A DNA stretch of 64,000 bases from positions 16,616,001 through 16,680,000 of the forward strand of contig JBHGNT010000008.1 of NCBI GenBank assembly GCA_043228905.1, given 5' to 3'. Source of the DNA: Azolla caroliniana (taxonomy: Eukaryota > Plantae > Polypodiophyta). Shown here piece by piece: positions 1 through 13,800 of this stretch. Position numbers and translations under genes: made by a program. Position 1 is the first letter of the stretch. Every line of letters starts with the position of its first letter. The notes under the pieces are model-generated. The model saw nothing but the letters and a program-made list of their open reading frames with translations, was not told the DNA's origin and made no database searches.

Positions 1-285
1 CAAATCTTTGGAGAATAGAATTAATATAGTTTGATTGTGATAATGAGATAATATGATTTGTTCTATTTTGAGTTACTTTGATGCCTAGAAAATGTGTCAT
101 AGGGCCTAAATCGGTGATAGGAAAGACATATGCGAGTTCCTTCTTTGCAATAGGTAGATAAGATTTAGAATTAGAGATCAAGGGCAAATCATCAACATAG
201 ACACCTATGATAACAAAATTGGATTTGGTTTTTCTAACATTCATATTTGGCTCATTGTTTAGACGATGATATCCAACTTTTATAA
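1..285 (-). pseudogene. Ty1/Copia reverse transcriptase remnant
   Basis: Manual minus-strand translation gives ...FVIIGVYVDDLPLIS...ITDLGPMTHFLGIKV...SLSQSNYINSILQRF, i.e. the Copia RT YVDD and DLG motifs. Confidence 0.8.
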
Positions 286-363
286 GAAAAGAGTGTAGTT
301 TGTGATACCATATGTGTGGAGATTGCTTAAGGCCGTAAATAGATTTACGAATTCAACAAACAT

Positions 364-1036
364 GTGTTGGATGACTTGGATCTTCAAAAAATTGTGGTTA
401 TTGCAAAAAATTGTTGGATGACTTGGATGCAAGATATAGAAAAATGGTTTGGTAGATGGGATGCGAGACACTTGCTTCATGATACATCATTAGATTCCTC
501 TGTAAATGAGGCCTTTTTGCAACGCCAATGTATCATTACATGGGACAAATGTGGAGGCTCGCGCTTCACACATTATACTACACATGTTGCACCTAACTAC
601 AAAACCATATTCTTTGTGGAACGGGGAAATCATACACATCGATACATGTTAGAGCCCATACCGTTATCTGCCATTCGAACCATTGCTTCCATGCGACTTA
701 GCTCACATGCATTGCGATGTCAAATAGGGCGTTGGGGCACAAGTGATGAGAGTGGTCGGCTATGCACAATTTTCCCTAAACAAGTTCACGAGTCTGAGTA
801 TCACACTTTGATACAATGCTCTGCCTTTGATCATATTCAACCATGCTTTCCACATCTCTTCGACCGAGCCCAATCTTTGCATGAATTCCTCTCACAACCA
901 CAATGTGCACTCTCGATTGCAACATTCATTGGTAAAGTTCTTGAACATCAAGAGTCACTACTCACTTTGACACGTATCACGTGAAATGTAATATTTTTGG
1001 TCTCATAGGTCATATTTGACCTCCGAAGACGATAAT

Positions 1037-1089
<53 letters not shown>
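364..1089 (+). mobile_element. 3' end of a non-LTR retrotransposon (LINE, RTE/L2-like): C-terminal Cys/His domain, short 3' UTR, (CT)n tail
   Basis: ORF 364-984 contains MRLSSHALRCQIGRW...RLC...ESEYHTLIQC, typical of LINE ORF2 C-termini. It is followed by a small hairpin (1007-1022) and a (CT)n run (1041-1089). Confidence 0.7.
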
Positions 1090-1091
<2 letters not shown>

Positions 1092-3321
1092 TGTAAACCC
1101 CTTCGGAGGGGGGGTGGAGACATTCTAGGCTTCACCTCCCCCACCCATTAACACTCAGGTCCATCTTCAAGTTCGATCGGAGGTGGAGGTGGTGTGATAC
1201 GACCCGGGATAGTGCTATCCTGATAGGGTTCTAGAAGAGAACTATGAAATACCGGTTGCATCCATAGTTGCGGAGGTAGATCGAGACAAAAAGCAACATC
1301 ATTAATTTTTCCGATAATACGGAAAGGACCCAATCACCGATAATCCAATTTATCACATCGGCGAGTAGTTTTGATGTGACATCGTAATAGCCATACCCAA
1401 TCTCCAATGTTAAAACTAGATGGAAGTCGATGACGATCCGCATAATCCTTGTGTGTTTGTTGAGTTTGTTGTAAATGAGTAGATAAATCTGTGGGTATCA
1501 TGCGTAACCACTGCAAACGATCCTCTGCACAAGGATTTGTGGGTAACTTCGGAGTTTCGAATACACACCACCAGGGATGATAGCCCGTATAAGCATAAAA
1601 TGGTGTAACCTTAGTCGATGAGTGGACAGAGTTATTATACGCAAATTTGGCGAAGTGGAGAATATCTGCCCAGTCATTTTGGTGATAGCTTAGAAAACAC
1701 CAACGATATTGTTCCAGCGTTTGATATGTTAGTCCTGCTTGTCTGTTTGTTTGTGGGTGGTAGCCGAAGGAGAGGTTTAAAGTGACCTTGAGCATTTTGA
1801 AGAGTTGCTTCTAGAATTTCGAGACGAACTGGGGTCCACAATCACTGATGATACTATCGAGGAGGCCATGATCCTGACATACCTCACGCATGATAGTTTT
1901 GGCGGTTTCTTCACTAGTGATTTCCTTAGTGCATGGTAGGAAATGGGCCATCTTCGTATATCGATCTACTACTGTTAAGATCGCATCGAATCCCTTAGAA
2001 ACTGGAAGATCTTTGATGAAATCTAGAGCAATGGATTGTCGCGGCTTGCTTGGAATTGGTAATGGTTCTAATAAAGTATATGGATGATGTCCTGGCATCT
2101 TTGCTCGGCAACATGTATCACATGTCTGAACATAATCTTCGACAAATCATCGCATATGGGGCCACCAGAATGATCGTTGTAGTAAATCTAACGTTTTAGT
2201 ACTACCAAACTGCACAGCTATATATGTGTGATGACAATTTTGGACTGCACGAAGGTGACAAGAACCATTAGGAACATACAAGAGCTTCTTAAAGAATAAT
2301 AATCCATCATGACATTCGAATTGTCGATAATCTGTACCTAGTTGTTGTGACTGTAAACAAGATGCCCAAGACAAATCAATTTGTGCAAGAATGTCTTGAG
2401 CGAAAGCATCTGTCTTCAAGTCCTCACATATGGTATCGATAATGTGGGAATCCAATGGCATATCGAAAACCAGCGTTGCTTGCAGTTGTGTCGGTCCCAG
2501 GATTACTTGCTTTTGGTTATTGAATGTTGGCTCACTGGGACGCGGTGCTAGATACGAGCGCCGCGATAACACATCTACCTTCCCAAGACGATATGTAATT
2601 TTGAAGTCGAAACGAGTGAGGAATTGGGCCCACCGAGCTTAACGTCGATTTAATACACAAGCATTCTGGAAGTAGGCAAGATTTTTGTAACTTGATGAGA
2701 AGATCCCTCTAGAAAATGCCTCCATTGCATAAAAGAGTTCACTATTGCTAATAGCTCTATATCGTGAATTTCATAGGTGATTTCAGCAGCGTGAAACTTG
2801 CGTGAGTGGAAAGCCACAGGATGTAGCTTTTCATCATCGCCTTGTGAAAGAATGCTACCCAAGGCGAAATCCAACGCGTCTGCCTCAATGATGAAAGGTT
2901 TTGCTGGATCAACATGATCTAGAATAGGAGTTGATGTGAATGCCTTCTTAAGACTCTCAAAAGCCATGTCCGCTTCTTTAGACCAAACAAACGATTGCCC
3001 CTTCTTGGTAAGCTGGGTGAGAGGCAGAATAAGCTTTGAGTAATCCTATATAAACTTGCAGTAAAAATTGGCAAAGCCTAAAAAGCATTGCACATCTCAC
3101 AAAAAATGTGGAGTCTACCACTCTATCACAATTTTGACCTTAGTTGGATCCATAGAGATGCCTTCCGAAGAGATGACATAGCCCAGAAATTCCACCTAGT
3201 TGCACTTGAAAGTACATTTTTCTAGTTTTGTATAAAGACCATGTTCTCGAAGCCGTTTTAGTACTAACAGTACAGGAGAATCATGCTCCTCTTGGGTCTT
3301 CGAATAAACCAGTAGATCATC

Positions 3322-4530
3322 TATTTGTGAGTTCTAGACCGTGAGGTCAATACAAGGAGTGCGAACGGTATACAATCGGTGGGTGAATGTGAGATTAAGA
3401 GTGAGAATTATAGAGAGAGAGAGATGTACAAAGTTTAGAGAGAGAGAAATAGACTAAAAACTAATTCATATTAAGAAACTTAAAAAGTAATACAAAGAAA
3501 TGGTCGATGTGGCAAATTAGTTTCGCTCCTAAGGAGCTCATCAGTGCACATGACCATATAGAATTGGAGGGGTTTATATAGGGAACATAAGGGATGAGAG
3601 AGAGAGAGAGAGAGAGAGAGTGTGTGTGTGTGTGTGTGTGTGTGTTCAAATTTGATTATGGGGTTTGATATATTTGGTGTGGGATAGAAGATTTTATGGG
3701 CTTATTTGAAAAACATGTAGGGGAGTGTGAGAGAGAAAGAGAGAGGAAGGGTAGGAGAGAAGTGTGCGAGGTGGGAGTTAGGGATGGTGAAGCATGTTAG
3801 ATTGTATGGAGATCTTTGAAAAAAGGAGGGGGGTAGGAAGATAAATTGAGAAGAATTGGAGGGTAGATTGGAAATTAAAGTGGAGGAGGAAAGGGTAGAC
3901 TGAGATTAAGAAGAATGAAAGGGGGAGGGGTACGAGAAAATTACTAAAAGAGGGAGGGGTATGGATGTAATTCTAGAAAAAAGGAAAGGGGAAAGGGGAA
4001 AGGGGAAAGGGGAAAGGGGTAGATTGAAATTAGTGAACGAGATAGGGGTAGAGTAAATTGACAAAGTGGGAATGAAGTGAAAATATCACCAAGAACGATT
4101 CAAGTGCACCCAAATCGTTTCATATACTTGGCGTGAGTTAGGGAAGGGTAGGGGTAAAGTTAGAGTGGCAAGGAAAAAGTAAAGGGAGGGGTAGAAAATC
4201 AAATTAGGAAAAAATAGGGGGGAGGTGATGGTTAGAAGAAAAATTTGGAAACAATAAAAGGTGAGGGGAGGGATGTGATTAGAAAATAGGAAAAAAGAGA
4301 ATGAGGGGAAGATGCTAAAAATTAAGAGGTGAGGGGTAGAATTGGAAAATAGGAGAAACTGAATTAGGGGAGGATGCTAAAAGTTAAAATGTGAGGGGTA
4401 GAGTTAAAGATAAGGAAAAGTAAGGGGGAGGGTATAGTGAAAATATTGAAAAGTTAGGGAAGGGGTAAAGTTGAAAATAGGTAAGGGTATGATGAGAATT
4501 AGGTAAAAATAAAAGAGGGGTAAAGTTAAC
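3322..4530. repeat. Purine/G-tract-rich insertion inside the chromovirus RT, flanked by a ~90-bp direct duplication
   Basis: 3231-3321 recurs at 4531-4620 with a few mismatches. The insert is rich in GGGG/AGGG tracts and (GA)n/(GT)n runs. Confidence 0.6.
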
Positions 4531-6970
4531 ATAGAGACCATGTTCTCGAAGCCATTTTAGTACTAACAGTACATGAGAATCATGCTCTTCTTGGGTCTTC
4601 GAATAAACCAGTAGATCATCCAAATAGATGATCAAACAAACATCCAAGAGATCTCAGAATATATCATTTGCCATGTGTTGGAAGACTGCTAGTGCATTAG
4701 TGAGACAGAATGGCCTGATCGTACACTCGAAGTGCCCATATCTAGTGTGAAACGGGGTCTTCCATTCATCTCCTGGTCGGATCCGTACAAGGTTATATGC
4801 TCCTTGTAAGTCGATCTTTGTGAAGAACCTTGCACCATTGATCCATTCTAAAATACTTGAGATAAGGGGAAGTGCATACCTATTCCTGATGATGACCTTA
4901 TTCAAGCCATAGTAATCTACGACAAGACGAAGTGATCCATCCTTTTTCTTAACAAAGAAAATGGGTGCGCTGGCTGGAGATTTCGAATGTCGAATAAAAC
5001 CGTTTGCCAAATTCTCCTCTATATAGGCTCGAAGGACTTCTAGCTAGGTTGGTAACAAGTTGTGAATCGGACCCCAGGGTGGCTCTTTTCCCGGTTGTAA
5101 ATCAATGGGGAAATCATACGGTCGGTGGTGAGGAAGCGTATTGGTTTATACCTTATCAAACACATTGGCATAATGACAATACTTCTCTGGAAATTGAACT
5201 GTGGATTCCTCTTTAGTGGTGTCAGAAGGTTTTACTGATATTGCGAAGGCAAACATTGCTTCCTTGCGTCCTTCCTCACACAATTGACGTAGCGAAATGG
5301 TTGCAATCCTATGAGTAGATCCTCGGATTGCTCTTGTTCTCCAATCTATGTCTGGGTTATGTAATTGGAACCATGGTAACCCCAAGACAATTGGATGGTC
5401 TGGACTACTAATTATATTAAATGATACTACACACACCAAATTATCTAGGACAACCTGAATTGGCCCTGACTCCTCTACAATTTTTCTGGAAGCAATGGGA
5501 CGACCATCAATAACTACTACAGATGCTAGGCAACAAAGTTTTCTTAGGGATATCTGATGAGCTTGGGCAAAATTCCTAACCATAAAGCAAGAGTTGGCTC
5601 CGGAATCTAAGAGTGCTAAGACATGTACTAGAGGAATACTTTTAGTACTAACCATTACTTGAGCTAAGAACACATTGCTAACTTTCTTAGAGGAAATGGA
5701 ACCACTAATGGGCCGCACAAATCTAGGGATGTCCAACCAAACGGCTCCTATTTTGGTTGGGCTTAATCGTTTAACTCTTCTTCTAGTTGACTAAGGATTT
5801 CAAATTTGTTTGGAAGGCTTGCGCTATTAGTACCATTAGGACTATCAGATATTCCAACTGAAATAGACTCGGGTTTAGTACAGTTAGAACTAGCGACTAT
5901 TTGGTTTACCTGTCTTCTTGGCCATGTGGACAGTTCACCACAATATGCCCTAGTCTACCGCAATAGAGACATAGTCAATTTGCTTGGCATCGCTACTTTT
6001 CCTCTTCCGATAATGGTCCGTGACAACGTGTGGTGTCGATTTACATCGGAGTTAAAGTATTTGCTAGAGACACATTATATGACTCCCTTGGAAAAGCTTT
6101 CGCTACAAGTGAGGCATAGGTGAGCTCTGATCTTGTCCTTGGTATCTGGAACTGATGTTTCGAACATCGTTCGAAAAGGCAGTTATTGCATCGCACCACA
6201 CGACTAGTTGCTTTTATCAAAGACTTTGGCTCTTCGGGGAAAAGTAAGAGTAAATATTTGACATCATTACGTAGACCAAAACAAAATTGCTCCATTAATG
6301 CCTGGTCATCCCGGGGAATATTGGTGGCGACCAAATGGAAATCCACAGCATAAGCTGAGGCCGGGCGCTCACCTTGGCGCAATATTCAGATTTTGTTGAT
6401 TGTCGTCCTAACATTGTCAGTATCTCCAAAATAGGCTCTAAACTTGCTAATAAACTCTTCGAAATTATTTAACAAGGGAGAGTTTTTTCTAACAGGGGGT
6501 TGAACAATGCCAAGGCCGTGCTACTAAGTAGCATGCCTACTAGTCCACTCGGCATCAGTGGGATATCAAGAAGGATACATTTGAATCACTAAGCGTACTT
6601 GATTAAGAAAACCTCTGAACTGTGATCGGGTCCCATCAAATTTCATAGGAAGTACGATCTTGGGTTCTTTGTGAGTCCCTTGAACGCTTGATCCTTGTTG
6701 TTCTAGTGATACAATAGTCGCTTCAAGTTGTTGTACACGTAACGTCAGCTAACCGTGTTGTTGTTGTTTTTCTAAAGCTATTTGTTGAAGATCCCCCAAC
6801 AGACGGTGATTTACTTGTTCTAGTGCTACACACTTCTCTTTTAAGCACTGAACCTCCAAGAAAACATATTGGTATTCTTGAGCGTTAACAATTGTCATTT
6901 TACCATGGAGGATAAGAGGATTAGTATGAAAGGAAGGAGGGGTAAGAAGATGAGGGAAATCGGTTCAAAC

Positions 6971-7395
6971 TGTCGGGAACAGTACTAAGACAAAGAGGGA
7001 ATTAGTACTAAAAGATGCGAATTAGTACTAAGAGAGTGAAGAGGGTGTAAAACTCACGAGAGAGAGAGACAGAGACAGAGACAGAGAAAGAGAGAGAATG
7101 ATGATAACAAAAGATATATTATATTATTTGAAGAGTAAGTACAAGAATAGCTATGAGGCTTAAGACTGGCGTTGAACCAATATGGTTCAAAATAATACCT
7201 TGTGCCTACTTTTATAGTGTTTTCAGGAGTACTCCTGAAGTTTCTAGAATGTTCTAGAGAAATTTGGAAATATACATCAATTCTCTATAGCGAAATAATA
7301 AATGAAAATAATATTTTTTGTATTATAATATATAGTCTAATGGCAAGGGTTAGACCCATGTAACATAAGGTCATGGGTTCGAATCTTGTGTGACA
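6971..7395 (-). repeat. 5' LTR of the chromovirus (TGTC...GACA)
   Basis: TG...CA ends, TATA near 7211, similar to the LTRs at 26474-26920 and 37768-38209. Confidence 0.8.
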
Positions 7396-7644
7396 CACCC
7401 TGAAGTGTCGACCTATATTCACTAATACTCAACTTTTTGCAAATCACTTCTAATTTAAACTCGCATGACTTTGCGAATATTCTACCTCAGTCTAGGTCTA
7501 ATATGTGGATGGACTCTTACTATTTAATCCATATGTATCATTGCCTTTTAGGCATCCTAGGTTTGAAATTTTGAGCTTCTCTCAGGTATCTTTCATCACA
7601 ATCTTAGATAAAATAGGTCTTTCTCCGTGTAGAGCTACGTATCA

Positions 7645-7729
7645 GGGGTGATAGCGCAATTGGCTAGTGTGTAGGTCTCATAACTCTTGAGATGTCCTGA
7701 GGTCGAGAGTTGAAGCCTCTGTTACCCCA
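7645..7729 (+). tRNA. Elongator tRNA-Met(CAT) with intron, probably a pseudogene
   Basis: GGGGTGATAGCGCAATTGGCTAGTGTGTAGGTCTCATA-[~11-nt intron 7683-7693]-GTCCTGAGGTCGAGAGTTGAAGCCTCTGTTACCCCA follows the plant tRNA-Met(e) layout. The T-loop/B-box is mutated (GTTGAA) and there are several C>T/G>A changes. Confidence 0.8.
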
Positions 7730-8829
7730 TCCATCAAATCATGATCTCTCCAATCATTACTTTATATCATGTCAATTTCTGTTCTTCCCTAATTTTCTTC
7801 AATGTCATGGGAACACAACACATGCTACATGGAATTTTATCCACCCTATGAGTATATCTATATTCACTACCACAACTCCTATTGCAAACCATTCCAAATT
7901 TAAGCTCGCATGACAATGTGAATATTTGCAGTCGCAATATGACTATCATGAGGGTGGTCTTTTACTTAAGCAATGTATTGCTATCATTGGTGTAAAGGCA
8001 TTGTAAGTTTGAAATTTCAAGATGGTCTCACCTATTATCTATTATCATAAGTATAAGGTAAAATTAGGAGTATCCTAGATCTACACATTAGAGTTGATGA
8101 CGCAAGTTCCTTGCGCATAGTTCTTATAACCTTGATGTATCCTCACGTGGAGAATTCAAGCCCCTCTCAAACTAAATTATCAAAAATTTCAATTGAAAGG
8201 TCACCTTAAAATCCAATTCTATGAATTTACACTGAGTTATACTGGCTTAATCCCATAAAACCAAAATTTGTGATTGAAGTGACCAAAACTTAATCTTAAA
8301 ACCAAAACATTTGATCACACACCAAATTTTACCATTGGGATGCCATTTTGAAGCCAAAATCCATGGATTTGCGGATTCACAAACAATTTGCGGCCAAAAT
8401 GTCATTTTAAACGAAATCTCACATAATACTTTGCTATTAAAATGTTATCTTAAACCAAATTTCATGATTTTACATTAAATTTTGTTAGCAATATGCAATC
8501 ACAACTAAATCTCCTCAATCTCACCAAATTCAAAAATACTCAAACCAAAATTAATTATCGAAATGTAATAATTACATGTTAATTTTGATCCGTCTACAAA
8601 AAGTGTAATTCCAAAAATATCCACAAAATCAAATATATCTATCGACTCAACAAAATATCTAATAATGCACAAGGTAACCCCATATCCTAATGATGAAGAC
8701 GATTGATCAACCTAATGAACAAAAGAAAGACAACATTGTTAGGTACAAAGGACCCAAAGAATCGCTTAAGTAAAGAAATTTGTGTTTGAAGGGCATTCTG
8801 GTAAATAGGGCTTGTAGATTTGAGTGTAT

Positions 8830-8944
8830 AATTACTTTGTAAAGTGTATTTTTTTGGACATAGGGGTAGTTTGATCAATTTGGAACTTCCAGGGGCATTC
8901 TGGTAAATAGACGAACTTCCAGGGGTATCCTGGTACTTTTCCCT
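8830..8944 (-). mobile_element. Possible Mutator-like terminal inverted repeat (single end)
   Basis: Minus strand begins AGGGAAAAGTACCAGGATACCCC with subrepeats of TTTACCAGAATGCCC. No partner TIR found. Confidence 0.35.
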
Positions 8945-9607
8945 ATTCTAAAACCATATCATTTTTCATGTGTTAGTATTATAGCTTTTGTAGGTTTCAA
9001 AATATCCCAAGGAATGGAAATAATTTTTAGATTTTTTTCAACAGCGTGACACACGCTAAGGATTATACATCACCATCTTACATTTAGATTTTCACATGCA
9101 TATTAGGTATACAAAGGAACCATATACGTTATGTCTCGTTATCCATAGTTTATTGGGATTCTCTCTATTTTAAATGTTAATACAGAAAGAAAGGTTTGCA
9201 ACGTGTTGTATTATTTAACATTCAACGATAAAATTTATCTACTTAGGTCATGGTAGTCTTTTTTTTTTCCAAAAAAAAACTACTTCCATTAGTTAAGGCA
9301 ATGTACATATGATAATATACAACTCATATCTTACCGGCCAACTTACATGTCAAAAGGAAAACAATATGAGTCTTAGAAATTACTCTTGCATTGTGGACTC
9401 ATTCAAGTGTAACACCGTTGACAACTTTGTATCATTCTAAATGTTACATGAATAGAAGTAAATTGGTTGTCCTTGTTTATTGTTTCCCGAAAAATTATAA
9501 TAAGATTATTGATGTGCCATTGAAGGAATCAACAAGGCACACTTGCATGCAAGCAAAGCAACCAATGCTCTTTGAAAAGAAAGCACGCCTCACATTACAT
9601 TGTTTGA

Positions 9608-9972
9608 CCCTTTCTATGCAACACTATTCTTGAGAGTATTGAAACCAACTATCTCAGTAGACATCATCCCTACAAGGAAATGAATGTCCTATAAGAAAGA
9701 ATATGATGTTTTAAAATGCTTTACAAGAATTCACAAACATGTTGTCATCTCATTTAGAATGAAAATAATTTTGATTTATGTAAATGGCATCAATTATGTC
9801 TTTCAAACAAAGGAATTAATCACAAGAGATGCAATAACAATGTGCCTTCAAATGCCAAACATTGCAATGTACGAGATTACAACCCTTTCTATGCAACACT
9901 GCTCATGAGAGTATTGAAACCAACTATCTCAATAGACATTACCCGACAAGGAAATGAATATCCTATAAGAAA
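9608..9972. repeat. ~90-bp direct duplication
   Basis: CCCTTTCTATGCAACACT...GAGAGTATTGAAACCAACTATCTCA...CAAGGAAATGAAT..CCTATAAGAAA occurs at ~9608-9698 and ~9882-9972. Confidence 0.7.
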
Positions 9973-10876
9973 AATATGCATTTTAGCAATCATCATGAGA
10001 GGGACACCTTCACTTCTCTCTATTCTTGGGTTAGCATAGTGTATTCTTTCTTGCGATCTGGTCCCATGGCATGGAACTATTTTTGCCAAATCAACCAAAA
10101 GGAACCAAACTTTAAAGCACGCTTCCATCATGTCAAGATGATAAATCATTTGACTATTTCTCCACGAAGAGTAAGGAACTTTTCACTTCGTTATTTTCAC
10201 AACGTACACCTCACAAGACTTATCCACATCTTGCGCATCAATGGTTTACAACTTCATTTATATTAGGTTAACAATAAAAGACATCTTCAAAATACGACAA
10301 ATTCAAATTGAGATTAATTTGTCATTTATATGCAAAATCCTACAATGCATTACATCTGGTTGGAAGATCAATTAGAAGCTATTATGAGTATTTTCGAGCT
10401 TGGAAAACTATTAGTATGCCTCAAAATGCACAGAAAAATTTGGATTTTGAAAGAGACTTTCTAAAACTGTAATGTTGATGAAGCGCTTAGAGTATTAGTC
10501 GAACATTCTACTGCAAATGTTACTAAATGTTCATTTACCGCAAGGTCTCCCATTGATGAAAAATACTTCAGGTAAAGCATTGAAAAGTGTTTGGCACTAA
10601 ACACAAGGGTCATGTTAGATAACATGTCAAAACAAACCTTCATTTCACAATTACTTCTTGCGTAGAAGATTTGAGGCACCAATTAATTTACGAATAATGT
10701 ACAACGCAGAAATATCCATTTGTCTGGAATATGATTGTATCAATAAAAACACCGATTCAAAGAGAGATGTTGCTATATACAAAGAATAATACAAATTTTC
10801 GGATTTCAATCCATAAGCAATCCTTAAAAGGAAACACCCCTGAAATCTCAGAGCCCATCCAATAGATTCCGCTTCA

Positions 10877-13800
10877 TCATGTTGTTGCGTCATTCTTAAG
10901 TTCTACTCCGAAATAAATAAGTAAAGATGGGCTTTAGCAGTCATATCATCAGAACAACAAACGTTTCACATTTTCAAAGAATTCACTTTTACCTCCGGGA
11001 GGAACAAGAACTACGGGACAAGGGCAATGGTGTGAGCAATATTCACCCACACTTCCATGAAGGACACTACAAACATCATTGAGAATTGTTATTTCAAAAC
11101 ATATGCAGTTTTAAGAAAACAGGAAAGATAGATTGTGGGTTCAATCAAACCTTTGGCCCAGCCATGAAATTGCCACAAATGGCAAAATACAAACCATCTA
11201 TTTTTCTTTATTTCCTTAATGGCCTATGTTCTTGTTATTTCCCAAAATGCCCTTGATCCTTTGAGGGCACTATGGTGTTAGTCAAACAATTATATGGTTG
11301 ATCATCCTCTTTATTGCTGTTTGGGGGTTGACCAAAAGCATTTAGGGAAATATTGGAAAGATGCTTCGAGGGAAATAAAGAAAAAGTCAGGGGAGGGATA
11401 TTTTCAGGAAAAACAAATCCCCGAAAAAATGTATATCTAAAGTCATTTGCCCAGTAGAATAAAATAGATGATCAATAATAGGTAAGTAGATCAATTTCTT
11501 TTTAAACATACATACACAACTACCTTTTCACGATGCCACGTGCCGGTCTGCCCATTACTACGGCAATCGGATTGATCCGTTTCGCTTCATCCACAATCGC
11601 CTTGCCAACTTCCTCTGCACTTATAATCTGGACCTCAGTCTGGACCTAATTCCAATAGAAAACAACTTCCAAAGACATTCAAAATTTTGAAACCCTTAAG
11701 CCTTTTGACATACCCTACCACCTATTTTTGCTTCATCACTACATAAGAGAGATGATATAATCATATGTGAGGAACAAAAAGAGAAAACAATCGAATCAAA
11801 TGATTCAAAACAAAAGACATTTATTACATTTACAAAACCTGAATTTGGTAACACACTTTACAAAAATTGGAATCTGACAATGTTAAACTCAAAAGAAGAT
11901 TTACATTTCACAAAAGTCACACTTCAATAACATAAACTTTAAAAAAAACATACCATTCCAGCTTCATAAGCTTCTACAGCTAGCTTTTCCATCAGGGCTG
12001 AAGTAGACTCGAACAATGCTCCAGCTGCATTGCTCTGAGATTCTGCTTGACAAAAAAAAGAATTATTTCGTAGCAAAAATAATAATTCTCAGGAGATTTA
12101 AATCAGTTAAAAACAACCTATTGAATATATAAATCTTTCTTAGAGAACATATTTACTTTATTAATGCTCACTTTGAAGTTTACAGATCATTTTGTGCACC
12201 TCTTATAACTAAAAGATTGCTCTAGTTCTTGCTTTTCCTTAATTAAAAAATTGCTCTAAGTTACTTTTCTAATGTTTTCTCAGTTTTAGCTTTTAGCTGA
12301 TCATTATCTAGCTCTACATGGTTTCAAGTTTCAATTATAACTGTATGGAATATTTGAGGAGTCGCTTTTATAAGGATGAGATACATGTCATGATCATGAT
12401 GGAATGAATTGAAAGATTGGTTTCTTTATATGCAATTTTGATCTCTTTTTCAAGAGCTTAATATAACATGACCTTTCATTCTTTCTCTTGCAAGGAATAG
12501 GGAAAATATGACTAAATAAGTAAGAAATCATATACAAAACCTTTCAGCTACAAGAGATCATTACAAAACAACAATAAAAAAGTTAACGAGTTCCTCACGA
12601 GCATTCCAAAGGTTATTCATATAATAACCAAGGATCTATAACATTCCTGAGCAGAAACCCCCCCCTACCCACATGCCTCACACCCACTTGAATCCACCTT
12701 TTTTACAGCTACAAGTTGTAAAGGTGAGAAATGCCATTGATCAGAAATGATTGTAAAGGTTCAAGATCGTGATGGATTGGTGAATGCGTACTTTATCTAT
12801 GTCCATGGCACCTCAGTCCCACTTCTTGCAAACATTTTTAATAGAACCATATATGAGTGTTTCCCCACTAGCTGGATAGGACATATCATTGTGCCAATCT
12901 TCGAGAGTGGAGATCCCATGATATCTAACAGCTACTTGTCCAATTTATAAGGCTCAATCATAGCATCAGAATTGAGTGCTTGGGCAGAGAGAAATGACTG
13001 CAGCTTTCCAGACCAGCAATTTCTGGTCATGGCTAGCATGCTTGGAGTGAAACAAGGATGCCCACTATCACCCACTCTCTTTGGTCTTTACATAGATACA
13101 GTATCTAATAGCATAGAGAGATTGGGTGGTTCAGAGGCAAGCATAGCAGAGATAGTCATACCAATACAATTAAATGCTAGTGATATTGCAATGATCTCCA
13201 ACCCTCAGGATGAACTTCAAAGACATCTAGGTGCTTTTAAGTCATTTTGTACAGACAGACTTGTTGAAGATCCTTAATAAAACTAAAGTGATGGTGTTCG
13301 ACACAACTCAAGCATGGTACCGATATCAGAAACAAGAATTCTTCTCAGGAGAGGAAATCGTGACAGATACACTCTTTTACACATACCTGGGAGAAACATT
13401 CACCAGGCCTCGGTTCTCCTTGTCAGAAGCTGACAACGCTCAATTTTCTCCCAGATATGCACCCCTTGGTTCCCTTGAAAGACGATGTGCACATATATAT
13501 TTCCAAGAACCATAAACTAACTTGTGGTTTGATATACTTATAGCACAAAATCTTCTCTACAAAGAAGAAACTTCAGGACTGATCCTTCTTAGTGCACATA
13601 ACTGGGCAGAGACCATGGCAACATTCTAATCAATGACCAGTATCCAATTACGCAAGTTAATGGAATACAAATACTGTTCTTCTTAGAACTGGAGACATAG
13701 AGAGACGTTGTTGATAAACAACATTAAAAATACAACAGCTCATTAATCAAGAATCATCCTAACTTTCTTTAGTTCCATCACTCATACTAAAGGTCAATCA

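Larger units (their letters stand above)
1148..7395 (-). mobile_element. Degenerate Ty3/Gypsy chromovirus (Tcn1/Tf1-like), 3'-truncated
   Basis: Fragmented gag (6041-6900), protease LLDSGA (5146-5736), RT (4384-5010, YLDD), RNase H (2650-2967) and integrase (1148-2572, GPF motif). 5' LTR at 6971-7395. Many stops and frameshifts. Confidence 0.9.

Noticed and set aside
9391-10266. Cluster of short ORFs downstream of the USP gene
   Set aside because: No recognisable motif in the frames checked; probably decayed repeat.
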